From Octopus sinensis (Eukaryota), in contig NC_043006.1 of the NCBI RefSeq assembly GCF_006345805.1, positions 72,106,001 through 72,170,000 on the forward strand: 64,000 bases of DNA. Direction: 5' to 3'. Below, piece by piece: positions 53,180 through 64,000 of the stretch. The first letter of the stretch is position 1. Each line of letters begins with the position of its first letter. The position numbers were made by a program, and so were the translations under genes. The notes below the pieces were generated by a model. It was not told the origin of the DNA, searched no databases, and worked only from the letters and a program-made list of their open reading frames with translations.

Positions 53180-53583
53180 TGTAGCGGCACAAGCAATCAG
53201 TGCCATATTGGATGAGATCTCGTGGCAGCCATTGCCATCTCTGAGACTGGAGCGAGACCTCACCTGCATCCATTTGCCATGTGCGAGATCACAACGAGGC
53301 TCGCAATGGCAAACTGTATTTAAGGGCAAAACAGAAACAGACTCATTTTCTCTCTCTCTCTCCGCTTCAACACATCAGCCCTTGCTGTGCACACTTCACT
53401 GGCTGGGCCTGTCTGCATGTTGTACCTCCAGAGGCAATGGAGATACAACACCACGCACACAGCTCGAGATGGTTGCTGAGAGCAACACACTTCACCTGTT
53501 CTGTGAAACTTGTAAATAAACCAGTCGTAAATTGCATTTGTACTTAACTACTTCTTTCTTCACCTGCCGGAGCCTGAACTACA
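53180..53583 (+). mobile_element. Probable solo LTR (about 404 bp)
   Basis: Begins TGTAG and ends CTACA (TG...CA, 5-bp inverted ends); TATA-like TATTTAA at 53317; AATAAA at 53515; richer in GC and CpG than its flanks. No TSD found. Confidence 0.55.
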
Positions 53584-56229
53584 TGAAGAACAAGATATAA
53601 TGGGAGAAGGTGATATTCTCCCAATATCGTAAACCTTGCCTTCCATTATAGCTCTTTTAAAGAATTGTTAATATTTTGTCACTCTTTAATTGAAGGCCCA
53701 AATGAAGTATAGAGGTTGTACTACCATAGCTACATGTATTTAACAGTTGTAGTCTAAGATTCTTTCCAAGATGTGAAAAGTCCACTCTGCACATATTCCA
53801 AGCCAGCTTGGAAGAAATTTTGCTTTGTTAACTGTCGTCTCTGATGAACAACAAAGTGCCATCGTGGAGAACCTGCAAAAACTTATAGCTTGCATTATAG
53901 GTTATACTAAAATGATGTGTCTATGTGTTTGATGGAGCTGTTAGAACTAGAAGCTAAATATCTTTTGAACCATCCTCTTCCATCTCAACAAAAAAAAAAA
54001 GAAAAGAAAAGGAGAAACATACACTGAACATTGTAGTGTCTGACAGAGAAAATGATGCGATGTTCATGGCTAGGAAGCATTTGATCATATGCCTGTTTGA
54101 TTAAAATTAGACAAGAACAACTTATGAAAGCTTGAAAGACTTATTAGGACTTAGTGAGTAACATTCTTTTTTTGTCCCAGACATTAAATTGCATTAACTG
54201 TTTAATACATGATGAACCTTTTCATCTGATGCTCATCTTGGAATCAATTATGTAAAGCAAAAATCAATAGGGTGAAACTAGAGAGATGTGAAGTCAACTA
54301 GTCTTGATAACTCTGAAATAAGAGTTTTTATTTTGTAATGTGATGATTAAGGTACTTTTAAAAATCTGTATAGATAATTAAATATTATGACATTCTTGTT
54401 TCAAACATTAAACAAATAATAAAAGATTTTTAAGATTATCTCTATAGATTTTCTATAGAATTCAGATCCAGCACTGTAAGTTACAATATGTCTATGTAAA
54501 CAAATACATCTATGTAAATAATGCAAAGATAGGAAAAATAGGTAAAGGGTATATATGCACATTTCAGGCATTATTCTCCTTTCGTCAGCACCTCATCTAA
54601 CCCATCAACTACCCACAAATATATTGTTTAAATACCCACTAGATTTATCAGTGTTTAATATGAAAATTGGTCTGTCCAATTGTGTTACACTTCAAAACCA
54701 CAAAGGCAAGAGCAGTTAGTACATTGCTACTATCTGTGGATAAGAGAGTCAGACATGTCAATAAGATCATAAAGGTCAGCAGAAGTGGAAACCATAGGAA
54801 GTTGTGAAGGAAGCAGAAACATACTGGAAGCATCAGGAGATTGTTGGAGAGATCCAAGATCCAAATGTGAGGAGTAAAAGAGAACTCATAATATAAAAGA
54901 TGTGTGATTCAACTAAGGAAGATAAGATCACCATGTGAAAGTGGTAGGGCTTGCCCACCATAGACAGTAGGATCAGGCACTTGAGTGACCACTGTCCTGA
55001 AGGTAACTCTAGAACACTGACCAGAGAAAATTATCCTTCCTCATGTGTGCCATTGTTGACCCTTTACCAACCCCAAATAACCTTCAAATATTGTGCAAAA
55101 GGGAGAATCTGTCCTACAAGCAACATGGAACATCTCCTTGCACATTCCAAACCACATTTTAACTAGATGCACAGGGTACTGGGAGAAAGCCAATAGAAAT
55201 GGAGGTATGAGAAAGTTCTTGTAGAAATTGCCAGACAGAAAGACCTACAGAATGTTAAGGCCCACAAGCAGCAGCCTTCACTACCCAAGGGTATCAGATT
55301 CCTTAAGGAAGGTGATACGGTTCCTAAGATGAAAGTAGCTGTGGGAGACCAATTTTCTGTTTTGTATCAGACCTCAGACCAGGAGATACAAGTGAATCTA
55401 AAGACTAGACTCATATTTCTGGAAGAGGTGGCAGTAACATTCCCCTGGCAAAGTATGTTCTTGGTGTCAGGAAGTGCAAAAACAATCATTGGGGTTGAAC
55501 TTTTAAGAAATATTATTCTACATTGCTTCAGATTATTTCATGTCTATATCAAATCTTTTGATTTCAAATAATCAAGGATTTTTAAATCTGAAATTGTTGT
55601 TTGTGAGAGAGAAAACATTTTGAAAGACTGAAAATAGCATTAACACAACTCGCAGAACATTCCTGGCAGAAGATGCAACAGTAAAGCTTGTACGAAGATT
55701 CCTACTGTTTCTAATGAGAAAGAAACTCAACACATTTCCATGATACAACATGAGCAGAAATTACAGGTGAAATAATTATTTAAATGTTTAATGAATAAAA
55801 AAAAAAAATCTTCTTTGTTACAGAAATATTTGATCTAAATTGTGGAAGATGAATGGTTCAAAGCTGTATTACTTTCATTGAGATATTAAGAAAACCTTTT
55901 TTTCATATTCTCCATTGCCAAGCTAAGTGTGAGTAAAGGAGTGTTGTAATTGAAAATCTCTGCGGAGCTATCCAGTCAAGGTCTGGATCTTCCATCATAA
56001 AATAACAGTCACTTGTGTTTATAATAAACCTACTTTTGATCTACCTAGCACTAAATTGTTTCCAACTCAGCTTGTCTTCATAAATATGATCTAATCACAT
56101 AGAAAAGTATACAGTAGTTGGAAGACTGATGTTTGACTTTTTCACACCACATATATGCTGTGAATGAAAAAGAGAAAAAGAAAAAAAAGAGAAAAAGTAA
56201 AAAAGAGATAAAAGAAAAGAGGGAAACCT

Positions 56230-57031
56230 CACCAAAATAATCTGTGAATTGTTCTGAAATACAATATGGTTACACAATCCCTACTTGCCAGTTGTTATGG
56301 CAACCGGAGGACAATGCTATTTGAGCAATTGTGGTAAAAAGTTGTCTAAAAATTAATCTGAATTTATAGAATTTAAAATAATCTCAGTTGCTGCGAAGAG
56401 ATATAAAAAGATATGATTTTAAATTACATTATACTGTAATAAATGTTGTTCAATATCGTTCACATTTTAAAATTTTTCGATCCCTCTTCGACGGAATTAT
56501 TTGCGGAAACTTTTATCCAAATGAATGAATTTAAGAAAGAAAAATTGTTTTTAATTTTTATATTCAACTAATAATACAAAACGTGTGTATTGTGCACGTA
56601 AAGTGTTATTTCTAAATATTCTTTGCTTAAAAGTTTTGACGATTCATTTTTACTTTAAAAGGTTGCATTTTTTCAATTGTGTTTTTTAAGTAAAGACCTA
56701 TTTTTAAAAATACAAAATTTAAATTCAAGGGAAATAAGCTTAAAAATTTCGCTTCTTTCCGGCAATTTCCGTGAGAAATGACGTCATTGAGACATACCGG
56801 AAGCTTGTATTGAAAGCTTGTTATGCCGTTGCTGTGATACACGGAGAAGCGGTTGACAACAGTTGATTTCTGCGGTTGGCCAGATTGTCTGACCGATAGG
56901 CGAAAGACAGACGAACACTTAACAGAAATATCGTTTGGATCAACAGAGAAGAGAAATCAAGGTAGTGAAATCGATCAGTAATTTAGTGCAATAGATCTAC
57001 TGACAGTGTTGTTACTGTCATAGCAACACAG
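56230..57031. promoter_or_regulatory. CpG-rich, probably bidirectional promoter: X-box 56291-56304, CRE 56779-56786, ETS 56796-56803, relaxed X-box 57014-57027
   Basis: GTTGTTATGGCAAC (RFX consensus), AATGACGTCATT palindrome, ACCGGAAG, ACTGTCATAGCAAC. Outward-facing splice donors: plus CAG|GTATGA at 57032; minus TTG|GTGAGG at 56232. Confidence 0.7.
56810..57031 (+). other. Candidate non-coding first exon of a downstream gene (coding exons not seen in window)
   Basis: Lies just 3' of the CRE/ETS sites and ends at donor ACAG|GTATGA; its only ATG opens a 4-codon uORF. The 5' end is approximate. Confidence 0.5.
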
Positions 57032-57235
57032 GTATGAACTATCGTTGTCATCTTCATCATTTCAAGCTTGCTACTTTCTCTTGTTTTTAGTTTCCGATAT
57101 TTTCCGCTACGAATGTTAAAACTTTATAGAAATATAACTATTTTTATATGCATTGATATTCGCATTAACCTTAAAATAATATAATGTTTTATATTAGCAC
57201 TGGTTTGCCTGTGTACCTGGCTAGATATTCTCTCT

Positions 57236-57274
<39 letters not shown>

Positions 57275-59329
57275 TGTGTGTATGTACGTTCTTTTTATTG
57301 GTTTTAATCGTTGAATTGTGGCCAAGCAGGATTATTGTTTGTAATTCATCCCTACCCACGTTACTCTATTGTTTAAATGCAACATAACAGATACACTTGT
57401 ACAGATAAATGTAAAGGTACCCTTGTGCCACGCTACATACTAATATATCAGCACTAAAATGTATTTCACTAAGATTGAAGATATATTGGTAGTTAGTTAT
57501 GATTCTCCCTAATCAGAGTTGATCTGGAGCTAAGCAAGTACATGATCATTTTCTTTGTTAAAGAAAATGGCCAAATTTCCTTCAAATAATTGTTCAAGGT
57601 CTTAAAAAATGCGGGGTGCATTGCATAATAGTCCCTGATATCCAGTGCTCAAGACAAGTACAGGATGGCGATGACCAGCGCCGGAATACCTTTGATCATC
57701 GGTCCGTACTGGGTAGTATTTGGGCTAAACATCAATAACAGTATGTTGCTGTCATCATCATCTTCATTTAAAGTCCATGTTCCATGCTGGCATGGGCTGG
57801 GCAGGTTCTGATGGGTCCAACGATTGCATTGTGTTCTTTTGTCCGCTTTGGCCTGATTTTAAATGACTGGATGCCCTACCTAAAGTTAACCACTTTGCAG
57901 CTTTTTTGGGTGGCTACTTGCACAAGTGAGGTTGTCATGCAGCTCGCAAGACTATGAACTCTGAGGGAGGGGATTGGCTTTATGCTAAGGGATGAGGGCT
58001 TAAAGTATGTCAGAGATTGGTGGGGGACAGAGCAAGTTCTTGTAGATTACTCACGTTTAGTAGAGGAGAAAGAAAATGATAAGTTGGAACTGCAAGAGAT
58101 AGATAATGGAGATTAGGTGTCCATTATCTATCTCAAGGCACAAGGTAAGTAGAAGTGAGTAGAACTATTACAAGATTGTATGTGGAGCAGAACAGGGGAT
58201 GGAGAGGCAGCCTGCAACTATAAAAGAAGTTGATTGTCATGCTACAGTTGACAAGAGGAGGACAAGAAAAAGACATGGCATGGTGGAGGAAAAGCAGGCG
58301 TTGTGCATGAGAGGTTGTTTGGTTCATTTGTGTGGGGGGAGAGTTCTAAAATCATTACAGGTATGGATACTATATTGTTCTGTTATTATATACCCCAACA
58401 CTCACATACATACATAGACACGTTCATATACATTTTCTGTTATATATATATACATACGAGCAAAACGCCCCCCCCCCCACTCCATCAAACATTTAAACCA
58501 AATTTTCTCAAAACAACTTGTCCGACTGTCCCATAGGCCTCCCCTTTGAGAAACACTAATTTAACCTAAATTTGAGACACCAGCAAAAGAAGAAATAAAG
58601 ATAGACTTTTTGTCTCTTCCAAAGATAAACGATTTCCCACGGCTTTAGTATTGCATTCTCACCTGGAATCGATTTTTGTAATTTTTTCAAGACTTATACA
58701 TGCCCTACATATCAAATTTGAGTGCAATTGGATGGAGGATGCCCGAGATCCTAGAAGCCACAGACAGACAGAAGAGATTTTATATAAGAGATCATCTTCA
58801 TTATTTTACGTCTGCATTTCCATACTTGGTTTGAATGGGCCTTTTGTAATACTGCATCTTACCATCTGTTGTGATCCTTTGTTGTCTCCTATATGAGGTT
58901 ATGCCTTTCGAGATCAACTTTCTCCACTTGTTCTCATGTCCTTTTAGGTCCTACATAGTCCTTCCACTTAAATTCCTTATATACCAAATTGCCATCCTCC
59001 ATATACATCACATGTCTGTACCAGTGCAGTTTTCTCTCTTGTCTCTTCAGCTTTCCTCTTATATCCTGTTATTACTCTCAGTTCTTTTGTGCTTTGTTGC
59101 TACTAATCAACAGCACACTTTGTACGCAAGTATCACACAATCTACACGTTACCTGCAGAAAAAAATGCTCTTGTTTCCAGTAGCAGTAGTAGCTCCCTAA
59201 ATTTTTTTCCAGCTGATTCTTACTGGCATCTTTGCCCTTGGAACACTTGTTCCCAATGTTAATTTGGCTACCTATGAAACAGAGGCTATCAACTAGTTCT
59301 AAGGAACCTTCTAAGCATTTGAAAGCACT

Positions 59330-60515
59330 TATTTCGTGGGTGCTCTGACCACTAATTAGTCCTATGTATCAGTTTTATACAAAGTCTTTCTTCTCTGTCA
59401 GCCTGCCTATGAAACCACTGCATCCCTTGTGCACTTATAGAGGAGCCATCAGTGCTCTTCTGTTATGGCTATTTCTCTAAACCATGATAAAGAAGTTTAA
59501 GGCTAGCTATCTATGAGAGCTCCTGTAGCAGTTGACCTTGTAGATGATTGGTTGAAGAAACTCCAAATGTGGAAGTATGTCAATCAGAAAAAAAGACAGG
59601 ATCCTGCAGCCATCAGGGACACAGCAGTACTGGGTATGCAAAAAAGAAGTTGGTAGAAACATCATAGTGTAAACAGTAGATGCACAAGAGGTGTTGTGAG
59701 ATTACCAATAGGCTAATAGCAAAGTTAACCATCATAAAAGCATTAAACTCCCAAAAAACAGATTCTCTCAAATGCCCAGATGGTTCCCTAGAAGTATTCA
59801 ATAGCTTCTTTTAACTAAGTGACCTAATTAGCAGGGGTTATGGTTATCTTGAAAGTGTAGTTGCCTGAGTAAGAACAAGTTGGAAAAAATTCTATTAGCA
59901 ACAAAGGGTCTTGCCCTCAGAGTAAAAGGTAAATTGCATGATGCTTGTATGCAAAGTGTGATGTTACATTGTGGTGGGATGTGGGACTTGAATGCATATG
60001 ATTTTCAAAGACTAAAAAGAAACGAAGCAAGCATGCTTCACTGGATGTGTAATGTTCTTGTGTCTGTGCAATAGAGTACAAATGAACTGACAGAAAGATG
60101 TGTATAAGAGGAGGGAAAACTGCATCAGTACAAGTATGTGACATGTATAGACGATGTGCTTAGTACTCAAAATGGATAGAACCTGTGGAAGAGGAAGAGC
60201 TAGCAAGGCATGGGATCAAGATGTTGGATCTTATAATAAAAGAGATTACAAGGGCTCATGTTAATTGGCCACATACAGTACACACACGTAAAAAGCACCA
60301 ACTGATCGTGGCAGTTTGCAACCACACTCTGGCCCCTGTGCTGGTGGCATGTAAAAAGCACCTACTACACTCACAGAGTAGTTGGCATTAGGAAGGGTAT
60401 CCTGCTGTAGAAACACTGCCAGATCAGACTGGAGCCTGGTGCAGCCTCCTGGCTTCCCAGACCCCAGTCGAACCATCCAACCCATGCTAGCATGGAAAAC
60501 AGACGATAAACGATG
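59330..60515 (+). mobile_element. Old degenerate RTE copy (same PHD-bearing family); a separate minus-strand RTE remnant lies at about 58810-59260
   Basis: Fragments ...CKKEVGRNII..., KGLALRVKGKLHDACMQSVMLHC, RNEASMLHWMCNV, then the family 3' UTR and a GATGATGATGA tail. Confidence 0.75.
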
Positions 60516-60521
60516 ATGATG

Positions 60522-60601
<80 letters not shown>

Positions 60602-60959
60602 ACAGGCTTCTTTCAGTTTCTGTCTACCAAAATCCACTCACAAGGCTTTTGTCAGCCCAATGCTATAGTAGAGGACACTTGCACAAGGTGCCACGGAACT
60701 ATGTGGTGGTAAGCAAGCTTCTTACCACACAGCCACGCCTGCACCTAACAATTTAAGAGATGACTCAATGACATATTTTTCTAACAGTTTTTAGCAACCA
60801 ATGAAATCTCAATAACTAATCATATTTTCATGTTTATGAATATTTTTGTTTAGATATTCTCTTTTGCCAGACAACTTGAATTGTTTGAATAACCACTAGT
60901 GTGAAACTCTGAGTAATGATTCAAGAAGCTTCAACTTGTAACAGAATGCAAACATGTAA

Positions 60960-60991
<32 letters not shown>

Positions 60992-61350
60992 TCGATCATT
61001 TTGATGTCCACTCTCCCACGATGGTATAGTTCAGATAACACTTATAGAGACAGTTTCTCTTTGGTAGTATGCTCTTCCTGTTATCAATCTTCACCTTTTT
61101 CCAAGTAGGATACTATTTTTCTTAGCCCTTCAGACAATGAGCCACTTAGTGGCTGGATATGTGAACAAAGTCACTATGACATAGACATTCACAATGTTTT
61201 TATGCAGTGCATGGATGTTAAGACAATGGGAGAACATAAACAGACACACACCTGCTAAAATACACACACAGAATGATTTCTACAGTTAATATCTACCAAT
61301 TCCATGCACAAGGTATTGGTCAGCCACCTGAGACAATAGCAGAAGGACAG

Positions 61351-61491
<141 letters not shown>

Positions 61492-61669
61492 TGTGTGTGT
61501 ATGTGTTTATGTATAGATGTTTATATGTTTGGTTTACTTGTGAAAACATTAAAGTATGCAATGCACACTTGTGTTGTATATTGCTATGCTGTATATGTAT
61601 ATCTTATGTACAAATTACATACATACAATGACACACACACACACATATTTATGCTATATCCTGTTTCAG

Positions 61670-61708
<39 letters not shown>

Positions 61709-62597
61709 CGTAAGTTGATCAATAAGTATCCGGACTGTTGCCATTGTAACGAAGCTAAAGCATGCAGAGTGAAGCTGCTTAGCATAAATTGACCTTGAAC
61801 TCTGTTGTGCGTGTGTTCTAAGTTTTATCATTCTAGCCCACTTTCGCCGTTTACAGCAGTGCTTGGAAGTAATGTGTGTATCGTGTGATTGTTGCATTGA
61901 CCATGACAGAAAAAGTTGAGCAGAGAATCTGCATTAAATTTTGCCAAAAGATTGGCAATACCTGCTCAGAAGCTTATGCAAAGTTTTCAAAAAAGTTTTC
62001 ATCATTCTTGACTCAATCAAGGAGATCTTGTGCAACTGAAACCTCAGTGTCTTTTTGGTCAGCTGAAAGTAGTCTTGGCACAAGCTTGGCAGACCTGTGT
62101 CTCATACCCAAATCTTCAGTAATAATGGACTGAACTGAACTGTAACTAATCTGCACAACTCTCTGATAACTCACAGATGGTGGTTTAACAGCTCACCCTC
62201 ACAGCTGCACACACATCTGTGATGCTTTTCTTAGTTCTACTGGTTGCAGGTCTCCCAGAACGTTCGTCAATATAGACATTTTTTCTGCCATCTTGGAAAC
62301 ATCTGAACCACTCATACACTTGTGTGCAGCTCATACACTCCTCTCCATACACTTTCTGCAACTTTGCATAGATCTCTGAGCAGGTATCACCATGACAACT
62401 TCCCCTGTCATGGTCAATGTGATGATCACATGCTACACATCTTCCTTCCAAGCACTGCTGTAACGAGCGGAGGTGAGGTAGAACATTAAAACTTAGTGTG
62501 CATGTACAGCAGAGTTCAAGGTCAATCTTTGCCTAGCAGCTTCACTCTGTGTGCTTTAACTATGGCAATAGTCCGGATACTTATTGGTCAGACCTTA
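61709..62597. mobile_element. Mariner-derived element built from two inverted 5' ends
   Basis: TA-flanked inverted ends (GATCAATAAGTATCCGGACT / AGTCCGGATACTTATTGGTC). Plus arm encodes MTEKVEQRICIKFCQKIGNTCSEAYAK; minus arm encodes ...CSEIYAKLQKVYGEECMS..QVYEWF...ERSGRP...LVPRLL, a mariner transposase N-terminus. Confidence 0.82.
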
Positions 62598-62734
62598 TAT
62601 ATAATAACAATAATACTAGGATGGAATTTATAAATATTTAATACATCGCTACATGTTTCCACAGATCAAATCATTTTGACATCAAAGTTGGTGCCCTGAA
62701 TAACACAGAAATGTATATATAAGTTGGCATATAT

Positions 62735-63781
62735 CATCATCATCATCATCGTTTAATGTCTGCTTTCCTTGCTGGCATGGTTTGGATGATTTGACTGAGG
62801 ACTGGCGAACCAGATGGCTGCACCAGGCTCCAATCTGATCTAGCAGAGTTTCTACAGCTGGATGCCCTTCCTAATGCCAATCACTCAAAGATTGTAGTGG
62901 GTGCTTTTACGTTCCACCGGCATGAGGTCCAGTCAGGCAGTACTGGCAACGGCCACGCTCAAATGGTGTTTTTTACGTGCCACCTGCACAGGAGCCAGTC
63001 CAGCAGCACTGGCAACGGCCTCACTCGGATATCTTTTCACGTGCCAGTAAGGTGACACTGGTAATGATCACGCTCGAATGGTGCTTTATATGTACAACCA
63101 GCACGGAAGCCAGTCAGCTGCTCTCGCAATGATCATGCTCAGATGGTGCTCTTAGCACTCCACTAGCACGGATGCCAGTCTTTGATTTTGATTTTGATTT
63201 CACTTGCCCCAATAGGTCTTCGCAAGTAGATTTTAGTGCCCAATGAAGGAAAGGTATGCATAAGTGGGCTGGTTACACCCCTGGCATAGGCCATGGGTTA
63301 TGGTCTTACTTGGCTTGCCATGTCTTCTCAAGCACAGCATATTTCCAAAGGTCTTGGTCACTAGTCATTGCCTTGTTGAGGCCTAATGTTCATAGGTCGT
63401 GCTTCACCACCTCATCCTAGGTCTTCCTGGGTCTACCTCTTCCACAGGTTCCCTCAACTGCTAGGGTGTGGCACTTTTTGACACAGCTGTCCTCATCCGT
63501 TCTTGCCACATGACCATACCAGTGCAGTCACCTCTCTTGCACACCACATCTGATGCTTCTTAGGTCTAACTTTTCTCTCAAGGTACTTACACTCTGTCGA
63601 GTATGCATACTGACATTACAAATCCAGCGGAGCATACTGGCTTCATTCCTTGCAAGCTTATTCATGTCCTCAGCAGTCATGGCCCATGTTTCACTGCCAT
63701 GTAGCATGGCTGTTCATACACATGCATCATACAGTCTACCTTTTACTTTTTACTCTGAGCGAGACACCCTTTGTCACCAGC

Positions 63782-63783
<2 letters not shown>
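62735..63783 (-). mobile_element. RTE LINE 5'-truncated copy (ORF C-terminus, 3' UTR and (GAT)n tail)
   Basis: Minus frame near 63320-63780 matches ...SLRVK(G)RLYDACM...WAMTAED...NEASMLRW..., followed by UTR and tail in the same orientation. This copy defines the family's native layout. Confidence 0.88.
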
Positions 63784-63829
<46 letters not shown>

Positions 63830-64000
63830 ATATAATCAAAATAAGCAACAGGATATCAAGAAGTGATGCAGTATGACTGTTTCAAGCAGCTCCATTTAAT
63901 TGAACAATACAATCATTACATCGATTTAAATGCAGCGCTATCATCAGTTGCACAAATAAATAGGATTTTAATCAGTTGGACACATTAATATATTTTTTCT

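Noticed and set aside
53208-53519. 103-aa plus-strand ORF
   Set aside because: Lies within the LTR-like segment, crosses a (CT)n run, has no splice context and no recognisable domain.
54900-55571. Possible gag/retropepsin remnant (…FLVSGSAKTIIGVELL)
   Set aside because: No intact DTG/DSG motif or CCHC knuckle could be read; similarity is too weak to call.

Overview
AT-rich, microsatellite- and retroposon-dense animal genomic DNA. The repeat families suggest an octopus/coleoid cephalopod (inference). Protein-coding content: (1) the last three exons of an aldo-keto reductase gene (+, 1479-6746); (2) a complete six-exon isopentenyl-diphosphate delta-isomerase gene, IDI1 (+, 21594-48767, 286 aa), with an N-terminal extension resembling a mitochondrial presequence; (3) a CpG-rich, probably bidirectional promoter (about 56230-57031) with RFX X-boxes, a CRE and an ETS site, whose downstream coding exons are not in the window. 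The rest is mostly transposon-derived: RTE, CR1 and Jockey/CR1-like LINEs, at least two tRNA-derived SINE families, Tc1/mariner and pogo remnants, TTAA (piggyBac-type) MITEs, a hAT-like MITE and a probable solo LTR. Most notable: two head-to-head inverted elements in IDI1 introns each carry a minimal hammerhead-ribozyme motif on the sense strand (one with a tRNA-derived head and an intact core, one with a G3:C8 covariant core). There is also a young RTE LINE with an uninterrupted RT frame, a PHD finger inserted in it, and a twin-priming-type 5' inversion. All calls come from manual reading and translation; no database searches or folding programs were run.
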